The notes below the pieces were generated by a model, which was not told where the DNA came from, made no database searches, and saw only the letters and a list, made by a program, of their open reading frames with translations. Below are positions 1 through 14,299 of a DNA stretch of 64,000 bases, in pieces. Within the stretch, counting starts at the first letter, position 1, and each line of letters opens with the position of its first letter. Where the stretch lies: NCBI GenBank assembly GCA_050084985.1, contig JBITNC010000001.1, positions 178,560,001-178,624,000 on the forward strand. Reading direction: 5' to 3'. This DNA comes from Nageia nagi (taxonomy: Eukaryota > Plantae > Pinophyta). The translations under genes and the position numbers were made by a program.

Positions 1-1700
1 TAATATTATGAGGCTAATGCAAAAATAATTTCATAGATTGTAATTGTCTTAAAATATATGTTGGAATGCCCTCAACAAGGATAAACTAAACTCTCTAACT
101 TGAAACCTTAACAATTTCACCTTTGCATGTGTTCTACTTTCCTATTTTGATCTAGTGGATGAGGAAGGAATCCAAGTGACTCTTAAGATACTAAATCAAG
201 AATTAATCAGAGTATGAGATCTAAGAAGTAGGATTTCCAAGGGAAAGCTACTCTGATGGTTTATTAATATATATTTTTTAAAATATAAGTTCTTCCCATT
301 TATGGGAATAATCATAAAGTTATAGAAATTTCACAACTCCCTTAGGTGGTGTACTCTATACTAAGTACTAAATCACATGGCCTAAAATTTTAGAACTACT
401 AAGGCGACTAACACAAGAACCAAAAATCATCCTTTCAGGATTGGCTTATTTTTGAGATAAATAAATACAAGTAGTACCTCATCTTCATTACAAATTGACA
501 AAGATTCACATGTTTAAGTATCCAAGAAGAGTACTATAAAATTCACATGCATCTAGCCATATGAAAATCAAAAATAAAATAAACTTACTTTAAAATAATT
601 GAGAAAAAACTTGTACTTGTAGAGTCACATGCTATCCTCTTCTTATTTAACTATTAAAATCAAGATTTAATACCATTTCTAGTATAATTTTAAAAAATAA
701 TATATCCTATAATGATTTATATCAAATACTAGACATAAGATTCTAATTAACATCTAAATGCTAAAACTCAAGAGGAGGCACCTAGATAATTGAGGAGATG
801 CTCCTTTCTCCATAGGAATCTAGACCAAGGCTCTTGGAAATAGAGAATCAAGAGAAGATAGATGGAATTCCCATAAGGTTTGTCAAAATATATAATCAAA
901 ATGTGATATAATCCTTCTAAGGCAAGCACTATTTTTCCATCCCATCAACCTCATATGTAGGGTGGAGATTTTTATTTTTTTATGAGGGGTTTTTGGGCCT
1001 TCTACCTTACAAAATTGCTTGCACAACATTCACAAAGGAATAAAAGCTTTGTATCCAATCATTTTCACCTACCACAACATAAAAATTTGTGTGGATAACT
1101 CAATTATTTTTGCAGGGTGCCAAAATAACCTTGCAAATACCAATAGAAGACAAATGATCCTTATTACCCCTAATTTTTATTTTTAATAACTTTCATTAAT
1201 ATTCCTTGGTTAGAATTTGAATTCAAATAAATTGGAATATTCCTTTTAGATAGTCAATAAATTTTGAAAATGCACATCAACTTTTTAACACTCATTTTTA
1301 CCTAGGATGATCCCCTCATTATGCAAAATAAATTTATTGGTGTACATACACACCCACACACAAAAGCATTATTGAAGACATATTTTCAATGTGCATCTAT
1401 ATGATCTATAAAAGATCCTTATGAGTCTATCAACAATTCAATACAAATCATTTCCTCACTCTTACCACTCGATTCTCGTAACCACTCATCTTAGTTCTTT
1501 GGGATCTCCATCTTGATTCTTTTGCTAAATTGACCCATTACCTAAGTCACACAAAATATCAAAGCCAACATAAATTTATCAGGGATATGGTATATATCAA
1601 AGTATTATTAGTCATCTCATGATATTATTTACATTCAAATTCTTTAACAACATTCAAATCATAATAAATTCAAATTTGAGGGTGCAACAGGGTCGTTACA
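1..1700 (-). mobile_element. Probable degenerate LTR-retrotransposon LTR sequence (boundary near 1689-1700)
   Basis: Minus strand reads TGTAACGACCC then TGTTGCACCCTCAAATTTG at 1700-1671, both resembling TG-starting Gypsy LTR termini. No partner LTR or coding domain found in the window. Confidence 0.3.
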
Positions 1701-3679
1701 TAACTTATCTACTCAAATAACTCTAAAAGTAAAGTTAACATATTAACTAATGGATTTATTAAGAGGGAAACTAGATTACATTCAAGTATATGGATATAAA
1801 CCAATTATAAGAGAAATATATTAATTGTAACCTTCAATATTACTTTGCTTTTATACTACAATTAAATTTATATTTAAAGCAGATCATGTAAAATATATAA
1901 GCATTATAACCCTTAATTGGTTATTTAATTTACTTTATTATAACAAATTCCACTTACTACATGCCCTTGAACTTTCCCACAAATGACCATGTTCTACCAA
2001 CATCAACCACAAATAATAAATAACAACCTTTTTCTTATGGTAAGTTATTTTTAAATAGACTTACAATTATTTTGTATGAGAAGATAAGCATGAAAGAACA
2101 TTAATCATTCTCTACATGTAAGGTATTAATAGTACATGCAAATAATTATCCACATTTTCTTTCCAAATTCACTTTTAAAATAGTAACACATTTATTCTAA
2201 TGAATTACCCATAATATATATTAATTCTAAAATTAAATAATATATTCTTTATAAAAGAAAAAATACCAAATAAAATATGACTATTTAAATTAATTTTCAA
2301 CCTAATATGGTAATTTAAATAAATTTATTCTAACACATAAGTAATAGTCTCATTTATTTTCCTAACAAGGGAACTCTTTCAAGTAAGTCCATGACATTCT
2401 TCTTGCTAGAGTAATTAACATATTTAAAATATTGAGTCCTTTTTTATCTATATTTATCATCATTAATTAAGGTTGGTAATATGATTCATCGATCACTTTT
2501 TTTCATGAAGGCCGAAATACTAGAAAAGACCTCATGTCACATATAGCTCAATAGTAAGGTATGAATCTCTAATGTAATATAAATTTTATAGTTTTAAAAT
2601 ATATTTTCTTTTGTACTAGTTCCACATGTTGATCCTAAATAATTTTTTTTAGATTATAAATTATATATTTAAATCCATACTACTTAGTGTACTCAAATTT
2701 AAATTCTTATTAGAATTGAATCAGCTATCATATAATTCCTTAATGGTCTGTGTCATCTCATATTTTGTGTTTGTTTAATGAGTAGAATAATTTTATAGGT
2801 TTCTATTCATGGTTCAATTATTACATATTAAACATCAATAATCCTTTATCCATAATAAACTATGTATAATTAATAATAAATTATTCTTGAATCTACTAAT
2901 GAAATAACTTAAATATGTAGAATTTTCCTTTCAATTTTTAATTATACAAAGAATTAACACGAGATCATTAGCTATACTATTATCATATACTGAGATTTAT
3001 TATTCCAAATTAATTAACTTATCATGTAAATTAATAATGATACACAAAATTTATACTTCAATTTTAATATGGAAAAACCTTTTGAAAGGGATTCAAAAAC
3101 CACCTAACAATTGAAGTTATTGGTCATGTATAAATTTCATAAATTCTTAAAATATTTTAGATAGTCATATTTTATATCGTGTAATCTATTTCATAATTGC
3201 AATGCAAAAAACTACATCCTATATTTCTTATGCATTACATATTATACTTTTTGAAATGATAATATGATAAATCATAGTTACTTGCTTCTAATATTATGTA
3301 CATTACAATGCTAAAAAATAAAAAATTTCATCTTCCTATTAGTGCTAATATTTCTCTTTATATGCAAGCTCTATATTTTACATTTTCATAATGATCTATT
3401 TTTATTTTCTAGAAGCAATATAATAAGCTATACATGAACATTTATGAAATGCAAATAAATAAAAATAATATTTTTCTTTCATTCTAGTTGTATTAATTCA
3501 TCTTGCATAGGGAAGGTCTTAAAATAAATATTCACAAATATGGAATACCTCTTATTCATAAAATCACCTATAATTATACTTCATAAGCTTTAGCATATAA
3601 CCATAAATGCATCACAATTTATATAACTTTTTTCCAAATGTTAGTACTGATTGAGAGATACATTCCAAAAAGAACTTCT

Positions 3680-4200
3680 TGATCAATAACTTCATGAAAA
3701 TCCAACTAAATATTGATCTCATCTAAAAATAGGCTCATAAGAAATGAAAAATTAATGGAAAACTAGAAATTATTTCCCTTCTTAAATATTTTATACTCTT
3801 CAACTTCAATAGAAATGAAGGTATGAAATATGTAATTTAGAAAAGTCATTTACTTCCTGGAACAAAATGTCTATTTTTGAAGAAATAGTATGTGGGTTTC
3901 AGACTATAAACTAAAAATATATAAAAATCTCTTATTTGAGTTCAATTGCTTGATCTCCTAGATAATTTTAGAATTTAAACATCATAACTAACAATGTTAA
4001 AGAAGTTGGATGACTAATCATAATTAGCTCCATTATGAAGACCATAAATATAATGATAAAGGAAATTATATTTTTCATCAATGTTGAGTTTTCTAAAAAT
4101 CTTCCATAGAAAATCATCCTTGATACTTTCGAAAGTCTATAGGAGTAGATTTACCATTTATAAGATAATTGGGCATGCAAGAAAGGATTATGTAAAGAAG
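3680..4200 (+). pseudogene. L1 LINE ORF1 remnant (DUF4283-like plus zinc knuckle)
   Basis: Manual translation ...CLFLKK*YVGF...LI*VQLLDLLDNF... and NVEFSKNLP*KIIL...IGHARKD resembles plant L1 ORF1 motifs (LFLKKW..GF, IWV.LP.LP.EF, VEVDLSKPLP, C..GH..C). Many stops. Confidence 0.5.
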
Positions 4201-7200
4201 CTAAACTGACCTCCAATATTCAATAAAAATGAAAATAGAAAAATAAGCTCCCATCTCCTCCCCATCACACTTCTTTAGATACATGGATAAAAAATAATTC
4301 CTTCAAATCTCTTATTATTAATTTCTCTTCGAATGAGAGACAAGATGAGTTTAGGCTTGATACACCCTAAGAGTTAGATTAAGAAGTAAAAAATAAAAGG
4401 AAGAAGAAATTAAAAAGAATTTGAAGTAGAAAATTTTGAAAAGGAATTCATAATTATAGTATTCACATGCTCAAAATTAAAAAAATATAAAAAATTTATA
4501 AGAATTCTACAACAATAGGTCTTGAACAATTCCTAGAGAATGGTAGGAGGACACTTGTAGAAAATTAGAAATATAGTTTTCAAAATTATGCTAATGGAAA
4601 ATATACCAAACCACTTGAGCCCAATAATACCCCAAATGTTGAGATACAACAATAAATTACTCTAACCCTTAGTTGAAGCAATCTAGATTATAACCCCTAG
4701 AGGGATGAGATTGTCTCCAACCAAAAAAACTTGAAGAATATATGAAAATAATTAGATTTACTAGGGGATGCCAAAATATAATGAATATTGGAAAAATCCC
4801 AATAGCTATAATCTCAAAATTTATAATAATACATTATGAAGTAGAGAAATAAATCATCGATGGGATATAGAATATCCTAGACTAGATTCAAAAGATAGAT
4901 ACCAAAAAATTGAATAATCACACAATGATATACTTTATTTTTGTTTATTTTATTATGTTTTGGTTTATATATTTATTGATACATTATTAAGAATACAAAA
5001 GTATATTCATATATTTTATGAATGTATAAATAGATTTTGGGATCCTCTCTAAAAATCATTTTTTTATACATGTTTTGGAACCTAATTAAAAAAACCAATT
5101 GAATAGGTTTTGGGATACGTACAAAAAACTTGTTATTTTCCTATCTAAAAAAATATTTTTCCAAATTAATATATAATTATTTTCATAAATGAATGGTTCT
5201 CTTTCCTAATACAAATATCTACTAAACAAATACATCCATACAATTAGATTCTACATTTTAATGCAAGAAATAATATCATATCATTATACAAATGATAACA
5301 TATACCCTTTTGTCATTTGTATTTACACCTTAAATAAACTATGCATAATAGAATTCTTCTAAAATATGATTTTATTTGAGAGATATTATGCAATTGAACC
5401 TATAATGCCATCATTTTGAATGTTTTTTCTTACTTAAATAAAAATATATTTAGATTGGTCACAAATTGGGAGACCTTGTTGCTACATCTATGATTTGTTA
5501 TTGCACTATGTAATACAATTTATCCTATTATGAAAATATGGTTGTAGTAAAATAGGAAAAAAATATTTTACATAAAAAATACATCAAACAATGTATCAAT
5601 TCCTACCCAAAACATTATCATTCCTTTCATCAAGCATATCATCTTCATGTCCCAAAAATAAAATCCCAACAAGACCCATATCATCAATTTTTCATATGAT
5701 ATTATCAATAGAAATGAGGTACTAATTTGGGTATTATTATAAATAAAAATTAAAGTTTAAAATTTGTAAATATAGTTGTATATAAAAATCCCATTTTTGT
5801 ATTTCACAATAAAGTATTGCATCTAATATTTCATGGTCTTATTTCTAGTTTTTATCTCTTCATAGGTCATACATATAAGACATAGAAATTTTATCTAAAT
5901 GCCCATAAAAACTAAATTCATTGCTGCCTAGAATAATTATTGAGGGAAAATTTATAATTTTTGTTAAATGAGCATTTCTCATGCATATAAAAAACCCAAA
6001 AATGTAGTAGTAACTACAAAAAAGGTTTACATGAATTTCACTGAGTGTTTATGTATTCAAGGAAAATGAAATGTATAAAATGCTTTTCAAAATGCATTAT
6101 TTAACTTGTTTTCAAGTGAAGAATAGACTAGAAATAGAAAAAAAAAAATTTTTTACCTTTTAAATCACCCATTTTTACCTTACTTATAGTTGTCACATTT
6201 CTCTATTTCTCATAGCAATGAATGATGAAAAGATATGATGCAAGGCATTCTCCTTACTATCTTAACCTTTCTCATTCTCATCACTCATCTTCAACCGTGG
6301 AGATATGCATGCATGGATATAAATATAGATCCTTTATTATTCATATATTAATTTTTGGATAAATAAAAATAACAATTTTGTTATCTGCACTCTCCTCTAT
6401 ACCTCATTCTATTAGAAATTAGTGATAACTTATCTCAAAAGCTAAAACATTTTCCTATATTTTTCTCCACTAATAATACATTTTTAAAATGCATTCCTTC
6501 CTCATGCAATAACTTGGAGTGAATGATAAACATAGTTGGTATCATACTTAACCTTCCTTCACTTATATGGTGGAGAAAAAAGCACATGAATGTAATAAAA
6601 GGAAACATCTATCTTGACCACTTGATCATTTATGAAAATAAACATAAAACATTTTCTCTTCCTTATGCATGTTGGGTTACACATGGAGCACAACATTACA
6701 CCTTTCTCAAGCGATGTTTTATATTTATTTATTTTTTATAAATTATTGATATTGGTTGACTTTGCATTAGAACATTTTCACTCATAGCCATAATGAATTA
6801 GTTTTATTACAAACCACTTCATTTCTTCTACCAAGTTACCTAGATAATTTTGCCTATTTTAAAGAAATAATAATTTAAGTACATTGCCCTCTTTATTCCC
6901 TCACCATATGATAATATTATCATGGAATTTAGGATTTTAAATTGTTATCTAAACCTTGGTCCATATTTTCCCATTAAAGTATAAAAAATCATGCAATCAT
7001 TCAGTCCATACCTATTCACATTAGAAGATGTGATGAAGGTGTTAACAATTTTGTCATATAATGCCCCTTTATCTACAAAGGTTAGAATTTGTTTCATTTT
7101 AAATCATGTGTTACCTAAGCATGATATCATAATAATATAATTATTCAAATTGAGATGCCAATAATTTCATTAGCTTATGTCATGATGGTAATGGGTTATG

Positions 7201-7324
7201 ATATTATAATTAAGGCCATCATTACAATAAATAGTGCTTCCTTAAATAGTTACTAATACAATAAAACACTTGGATCACATAATTATTTTAATATAATATT
7301 GTAAAGGAATCCAAATAATAAAGG

Positions 7325-7327
<3 letters not shown>

Positions 7328-7411
<84 letters not shown>

Positions 7412-7425
7412 TTATTTATTTATTT
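7328..7425. repeat. (TA)n microsatellite followed by (TTTA)n
   Basis: Directly visible. Confidence 0.97.
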
Positions 7426-7625
7426 ATATTATTAATTAGACATGATCTTCATTTTTTCCCACTAACCTTGAGCTTCAAAACTAGTTATTTAATCATGACC
7501 ATTATATGGATACTTAGTTATGCATAGTTCATTATATTAATTATAAGCATTTTCAAAATTCCTAAATGACACATTTTCAACCGAATTAAATATTAACAAA
7601 ATAGGTTGTGAAAGCTTGTACTACA

Positions 7626-8600
7626 CACAACCCCTTTTATTTGTTGTAAATAATGTTAAAGTATTTCATGGATGTTCATACATTATTCTAATAAATTTTA
7701 GAAAATATATTTTTAATTTATTTTAGATCTTCCTATGTAGAACTATTATTTGAGTACTTATCCCATTGTACCTTATATTGATCCATCATTCTATTTCTAA
7801 TAATTTTAGTTATGAATTCTAATACCCACATAGGAGAAACTTGTATTTTTATTACCAAAAGATTCTCTATCTATAATGAGTTCACATCCAAAATGCATGA
7901 AGAATTAGAAAAAAAATTAAATAAATAACTATGATGGATCTTGGCTAGGATTGGAGGAAGGTCTATTTAGAAAGTTATTGGAATTATTTTCTTAGAGATC
8001 CTAAGCCTTTATGAAACTTTTATATGGTTTTATGCTAAGAAATAGTTTATCAAATAGTAAAATGTACCTCAATTTACTTTTTAAATCAACATATTTTTTA
8101 TACCTATTAACAAAATCCTTAAGCTTAGGTTGATTTTGAATCAACCAATCCTCCATATTTTGCAAAGTCTCAAGTATAGCTCTAACTTGGTCTTAAAGAT
8201 TAACCCATAAATGTAGAGTTATGCATTACTTTCCATAAATGGATTTAAAATAAATCATGCCAAATGATGAATGATGACTATTATTTTAATAATATTTGAT
8301 TAAATACCAACAATATTCCCACATAGTTGGATTTTCCATAAAATACATCCACAACATGTCCTTTAAGACTTGGCTTACCCACTTAGTATCACCATCTATT
8401 TTTGGATGATAAGAGGAATTTATGCTCATTGTAATATTTTTAGTGGAATTTTAAATGATCCATGTTTATTTCTTATCAATGGCTAGTTGATACTCAAGTG
8501 GGTTAAATCAATAAATCCTAGGTTGATCAACCCCTTTTGGTCTCTTCATGTCCATATCTTGAGTGACCAAAATATTTTTAAGAAGAATTAATTACTTTCC
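7626..8600 (-). mobile_element. Chromovirus (Ty3/Gypsy) remnant: integrase core/C-terminus plus chromodomain, PPT-like tract
   Basis: Minus strand gives SSYHPKIDGDTKWVSQV..KDMLWMYF..NNSHHSSFGM..IYGK (cf. SAYHPQTDGQTERVNQ.LEDMLR..YNNSYHSSIGM.PFEALYG) at ~8430-8230, and DQYKVQWDKYSNNSST*ED (chromodomain) at ~7785-7730. AAAAGGGGTTGTG precedes TGTAGTAC near 7625. Confidence 0.75.
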
Positions 8601-10669
8601 CAATCAAGGATGATTTGTTTCATATAAGTATATTATTTAATTAATGCTAGTACCTAGTCCTATTACTTCTCACAATTCCTAACCTCAACTTAGATATTAA
8701 TAATTAAAAATTAATCTTCATCTTCTAACTTCTCAAATTACAAATTGATGAATATCATAACTACTTCCCATTATGCTAATTACAAGGTATAAATATTTTC
8801 ATCATAATGGAAAATATATATAATAATATTTTAAGTGATGCATAAAATAATACTTGATACTAATTTTGAAATGTAAATAGTATTAATAAAATACATCAAT
8901 ACTTAGTTAATACAAAACACCATAATTTAGTTTGAAGTGTGCTATTTAACTCACAATTTTTCTGTTCATATGTTTTATCCCACATTTGTATATCTTTTAA
9001 CACATTTAGAATTCAACTACATTTTTATTTCACACATAAGTACATGATTAAGTTTACAACACATACTCATCATATTTCTACCAAGGAAGGACATGAGTTG
9101 TTGTAAACCTTTTCTTGAGTTTTTCTTCTTTTTTGAATAAATTAATAACTTTGATATTTTTCTATCCTTAATAAAGTTATTCTATTATTATTTATTTTCT
9201 AAGAGTATCATATCAAACTTAACCATTTGTTATTTATGATAACTCACAAAAAAAATCATTGAATCTTTTATTCATCTACCATATCCAAGATATGTAATAA
9301 TAATTTGTAACTATATGCAATTTACTATCGTAAAAATTTTACTACCATACCATTTTTCCAATTTCATTTAACGATCATTCAAATTTATTATCTCATAGAT
9401 TAAAAGAAATCAATCTATAATTCTACATCATATGACAATAGGATTTGATTAACATGAAAAAATCCTAATGTTTAGTTAGGAAGGAAAACTTATAGGTCAA
9501 TGTCACACTTGAGATCATTTTATTATTTCAATAACATTCAATTACATTATAGTACATTTAAATTTAACTAATAGACACAAATTAATAAGCATCATATAAT
9601 AAGCACATAATAATCAATGATCTTGAAATTCTTTTGAAATGAAGAAGCTCTCTATGCATTCTTCATGAAGATGCCTCATAGGTAAATGATCTTATTTTTG
9701 TACAAATATGTATCCAAATGAATTCTAAAATAATGTATCATTCCTCACCATATAAATCTATTTATTTACTTCCAAACTCTTACTTAGAGATAGGATACTA
9801 CTCATTATTAGTATCCTTTATTCAATCTATTGAGTCTAATTCTTAATTCATATAACATCATATTATGATTAGTATATCTAAGAATATCTTAAAATACCTA
9901 ATAATTAGGTATTGAGAACAATTTAGTTAATACCTTGTCAAACTCATCATTTAAAGGGTCTCTTACTATTAATGTATGGACAATACCCAAAAAGGGTCGA
10001 TGATTATATTTCTTAAGATATTCCTAGTCCTATTATAAATAAGAATACTCATAAAATTATCCTTCAAATTACCTTAAAATGGGATCTCATTATACCATAT
10101 AATATCTTGAACATCCTTAAGATGGTATCTGAATATAGTATTGACTATCTAGGCATGACATCATTTTATTCTACATTAATTTTTTATGACCATAATAAGG
10201 CAAAAGTAATATATATATATATATAAAAGAGATAATTCATTTATTATTTATTATAGAAATAGATCAAAACTTCACATTCATTTCAAAGGTAAACCCCACT
10301 ATTAGGTTATATCCCGATTACTTAAATGAGATACACTTTTTCTCCAAATGATTCACTAATATTATTTAAATTTTAATATAATACTAGTTAGTAATTACTT
10401 CAAATATCATGATTAAATATCCTTTTTCAAACATGTAATGTAAATTCATGGTTAAATTATCATAATAAATTTACCATTATTATTTTTGTAATGTAAACTA
10501 AGTTCTAATATATTCATTCCTTTTGGTAATAAAGAACAAATAAGTTATTAACAAAATTAATACCAATGGATAATGCATTGAAGTGAATTAAAGTGTATAT
10601 CCAATCACTTGAGAACCTCTTAAAACATTCCTATTTTGTACTAATTCAGTAATCATGACATTTTAAACC

Positions 10670-11850
10670 ATATATGAACTATTTGATAAAATGCTTCTGA
10701 TTGACATCATCTTGATATGAATAAGAAAAATACATTAAACATTTTTACAACATTTAACAAAATGGACAAGAGATATCCTATTTTGGACTATAATCTTTTC
10801 CTAAAGAGGTTTTATATATTTTTGAAAAAATATTATTGACAAATGTAAATTTTGCAACCATTTTCAATATTTACCCAAATTGTACCATCATTGGGAACTA
10901 CAAGAGAGGCTATAGTTATCTATCAAGAATATTTGAAAATATTATGATTATTTACCATCATAGACTTGTATGCAAAATGTGGAAGGATGTATAAAGTGTT
11001 TCATAAGATGCTCGATGCAAATCTAGTCTTATAGGCTATAATGGTGGTAGGACACACATAGAAGTGTCCATATATTATTTGATAAAATACCTCATGCAAA
11101 TATTAGGCAAATTATTTAATAACATGCCTCATTGAGATTCAGTCTAATGGAATGCAATATGAGTTCTTTAATAGACCTGTACATGCAATGTGAAGGAATA
11201 TATAAGGATGAAGTATCATTTGATAAAATTCCCATCAAAATACAATAAAATAGGATGCAATGATTGTAAGATATATGCAAAATAGAATTTCTAAAAAGGC
11301 TTTAGAGAATTTAAGTAGATAAAATTATTATACGTAAAGCCAAACTTTCCAACCTTTATTAGAATTTCATTTATGGCTCCATTATTAGAAGTGCTAAAAT
11401 AAATTATGAACATCCATAAAAGAGTGGTTAAAATGGTTTGTTATCAAATATTATGATTGTTATTACCATGATAGATATTTATGTGAATTGTAGAATAAAA
11501 CACAAAAGTCAAAATATTATTTACAAGATACATGATGCAGATCTATTTTCATTAAATGTGTAAATATGTGAATTATTTAAGAAAATGCCTATTCAAAATA
11601 AATACTTTTGGAATGAAATGTATGATAAGAATGTAGTTTGTGCTACATTCAGAGAGTTTGTAAACTACTTTATCTGATGAAGTACTTGGGAGCCAACCTA
11701 ATATCACAACCTTTGTATACATTATACTTATACATAAGAAGGTTGATATAGAGGATAAGGGAGATAAATACTTTAATATAATGAGTACTTTTGATCATAT
11801 TACTCTTAGAGTAAATTCTTATACATGCATCATTAACATTGCAATAGTTG
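10670..11850 (+). pseudogene. PLS-class pentatricopeptide-repeat (PPR) pseudogene, intronless, multiple deletions and stops
   Basis: Translated pieces YELFDKM, IDLYAKCGRMYKVFHKM, KLFNNMPH*DSV*WNA, *DAMIVRYMQNRISKKALE, VKPNFPTF, TMIDIYVNCRI..KIHDADLFSLN, and terminal ITTFVYII..DKGDKYFNIMSTFDHITLRVNSYTCII. These match P-L-S and L2/S2 PPR consensus motifs. ORF 11781..11978 is its tail. Confidence 0.85.
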
Positions 11851-13459
11851 AAGATATGTTACAAAATTTCTATAGGATTGTATTCTATATTTATAATAAA
11901 CAAAATAATCATTGCCTTTCAACCTCCTATCTAGACATAATGGTAATCATATTGATGTGGAGATTATCATTTTATTGATAAGTGAGAATACTGTATGTAT
12001 GTGAATAACATTAGCAACAAACCATTTCTTTCAGGTGAAGGAGGTCTAGGTGGTCCTAAGGTGATTTATTATTATTTCTATTAATATTCTATTTCTATTA
12101 CAAAATATACCTTTCTCAACAATGATAATAATATTCACATCATTTTGGTGGCTAACCTCTACATTTTAAGCTTTTTAAAGTTCTCATAATAATATAACAT
12201 CACCTTTAATAATTAAGGATGTGAAGGTGGTCTTATGGATATCTATCTCTACCTCTATTAATATAAAAATTAAATAGTAGAGAATGAATGAAAATAAAGA
12301 GAATGGATATTATAAAAGATAAGTATATGCTGGTAAACTACAATATGTGTACATTATACAATACATGTATGAATTCATTGAGGTAACTCTCAATACAAAA
12401 TGTAATTATCTAACACATTAATAGTTTTCTATTTTTTCTAAGGAATACAACCTAGAATTGGTATAGTGTGACTTGTACAAATTCTTCCTTCCTCTTCTCC
12501 ATATATTTTCCAAGACCACCCCTTGTGGTTTCTAAAAAAACATTCTCCCTTGGGTTCTCTCCCATCCCTTTCTAAAATAGACAATTCCACCCCAAAGTAG
12601 ATGAAAAAAAGTCTACTATTTTGGAATCAATCCTACCTCATGAAATTGTTATCCTTCTCTAGGAGTGGTTCACTAAAATAAATTGTGTAATTATTCTTGT
12701 CTCATTAATAATTGCTCAATAATTTTTTCTTTTCTTGGGAACATACTCAATAGGTTTAAATATCTTATTATAATAATATATTATAACTATTAATCTTATG
12801 TTAATAACTTTTTTTATTTATTAACCTAAGTTTTGTATATTTATTTTATCATTTATTCACTTTTAAATATATATTCCATTATACCCTATCCACTAGGTAA
12901 ATTAATGAAATACATTAATTTATTGTTAATTTTTTATTGATTTATTTTAGTAATTAATTTTATCTTTATTTTTCTCTAGGTAAGTATGCATAAAATAGGG
13001 GTTAAGAAAATAATCAAACACTCATAAAGCAATCATCTATATAATTTATCTCATCTCAATGATCTGTGATTGTTAAACTAGCATTCTCTAGTGACCAATT
13101 CTCCTTGGTCCAACGGTTCTACAATAAATAAAACTCAAACCCAACATCAAATCCTCATAAAATAATCAATTCATAATAGAATATAATCATTATAAATAAA
13201 ATAATTAATATAATATCAATATAATATAATATACATTATTACATGGAATCATGAATTCATCGGGTTATTGCATAGTTGTAGTCTTCTCTTATATACTCCT
13301 TTCGATATCAATGTAGATAAAAATAAATATGAAAAAGAAAAACAACTAGTAGATACTTATTTTATAAAGACTATATCAAGTTTGACTTTTCAAACTTGGT
13401 CAAAGTTTTGACCATACTCCATTTCTAGCTAAGCCCACTATTCAATTGTAAAATCTATT

Positions 13460-14240
13460 TGCATAAAGATTGTACTAGATAAACTCATTATTTTTTCAAA
13501 ATTACTGAATGAAATCACATATTAAGATAAATATTCTTCCTATCAATAAATTAGGTAATGTTTTCATATCTATGAAGGAACACTTATAACCCTTAAAATA
13601 TAAAGGTGTATATACGATAATATGTGAGTATGGAACTTGTTATATCGGTGAAACAAGTAGTTCAATACTTGAAAGAGTTAAATAATATTATTAATTTTTA
13701 CAATATAATAGAATATTGAAATCTACTCTTATTGAACATGTGGATAATACTAACACCATAAACTCATGGATAAGGTTGATTTCTTGGCTAGATGTGATAA
13801 ATTCCAAGAATGAAGAATTAGATAATCTATTGAAATTAAACTTAACCCTAATAATATTATTAGAGACCAAGGTAATGATATTAGTAGGGCATGGTTACCT
13901 ATTATTGACCTAATTCATGAACTTAGAAGAATAAAAAATAATATGATACTAAAATAGCCATAATGTTTGCATTTTAACTCATTTTTTTCATATTATTTAC
14001 ATCAGTGGAAAGATATTTTTATCTAAAATATAACTATATTAATATATTTGGTATTTTATAATGATAAATGATTGACATTAATATTATAAAATTGGGTAAT
14101 ACTAATCTCTACTTAAAGAAGAAGCTTCCACTTTATTTTTTGCACTCAGTAATTCTAACTTGATGGGTCCAATTGATTGGACTTGAAACATCAATAATTC
14201 AAATTCATATGCAAGTTAACCTCAAACCCTTAAAGAAAAC
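13460..14240 (+). mobile_element. Penelope-like retroelement 3' fragment (GIY-YIG endonuclease plus terminal region)
   Basis: From 13533: ILPINKLGNVFISMKEHL*PLKYKGVYTIICEYGTCYIGETSSSILERVK...NRILKSTLIEH. After a frameshift: RIR*SIEIKLNPNNIIRDQGNDISRAWLPII. This is the Penelope GIY-YIG signature GVY.IPC.CG..YIGET and the tail IREAIEI..PNN.NRD.G..S..W.P. Confidence 0.85.
14155..14192 (+). ncRNA. Degenerate hammerhead-ribozyme-like motif in Penelope terminal region
   Basis: GATG-GGTCCAAT-TG-ATTGGACT-TGAAACATC: a hairpin flanked by GATG and GAAAC(A/G)TC. Restoring C>T/G>A changes gives stem II plus GAAACGTC. The upstream CUGANGA box is imperfect. Confidence 0.4.
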
Positions 14241-14299
14241 TCTTCCCTAGTATTATTCAAAATAAAATATTACAATTAAAATTAACTTTTTGTATTTAA

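Noticed and set aside
6200-7300. ORF 6523..6741 and possible zinc-knuckle remnants
   Set aside because: No convincing motif on either strand
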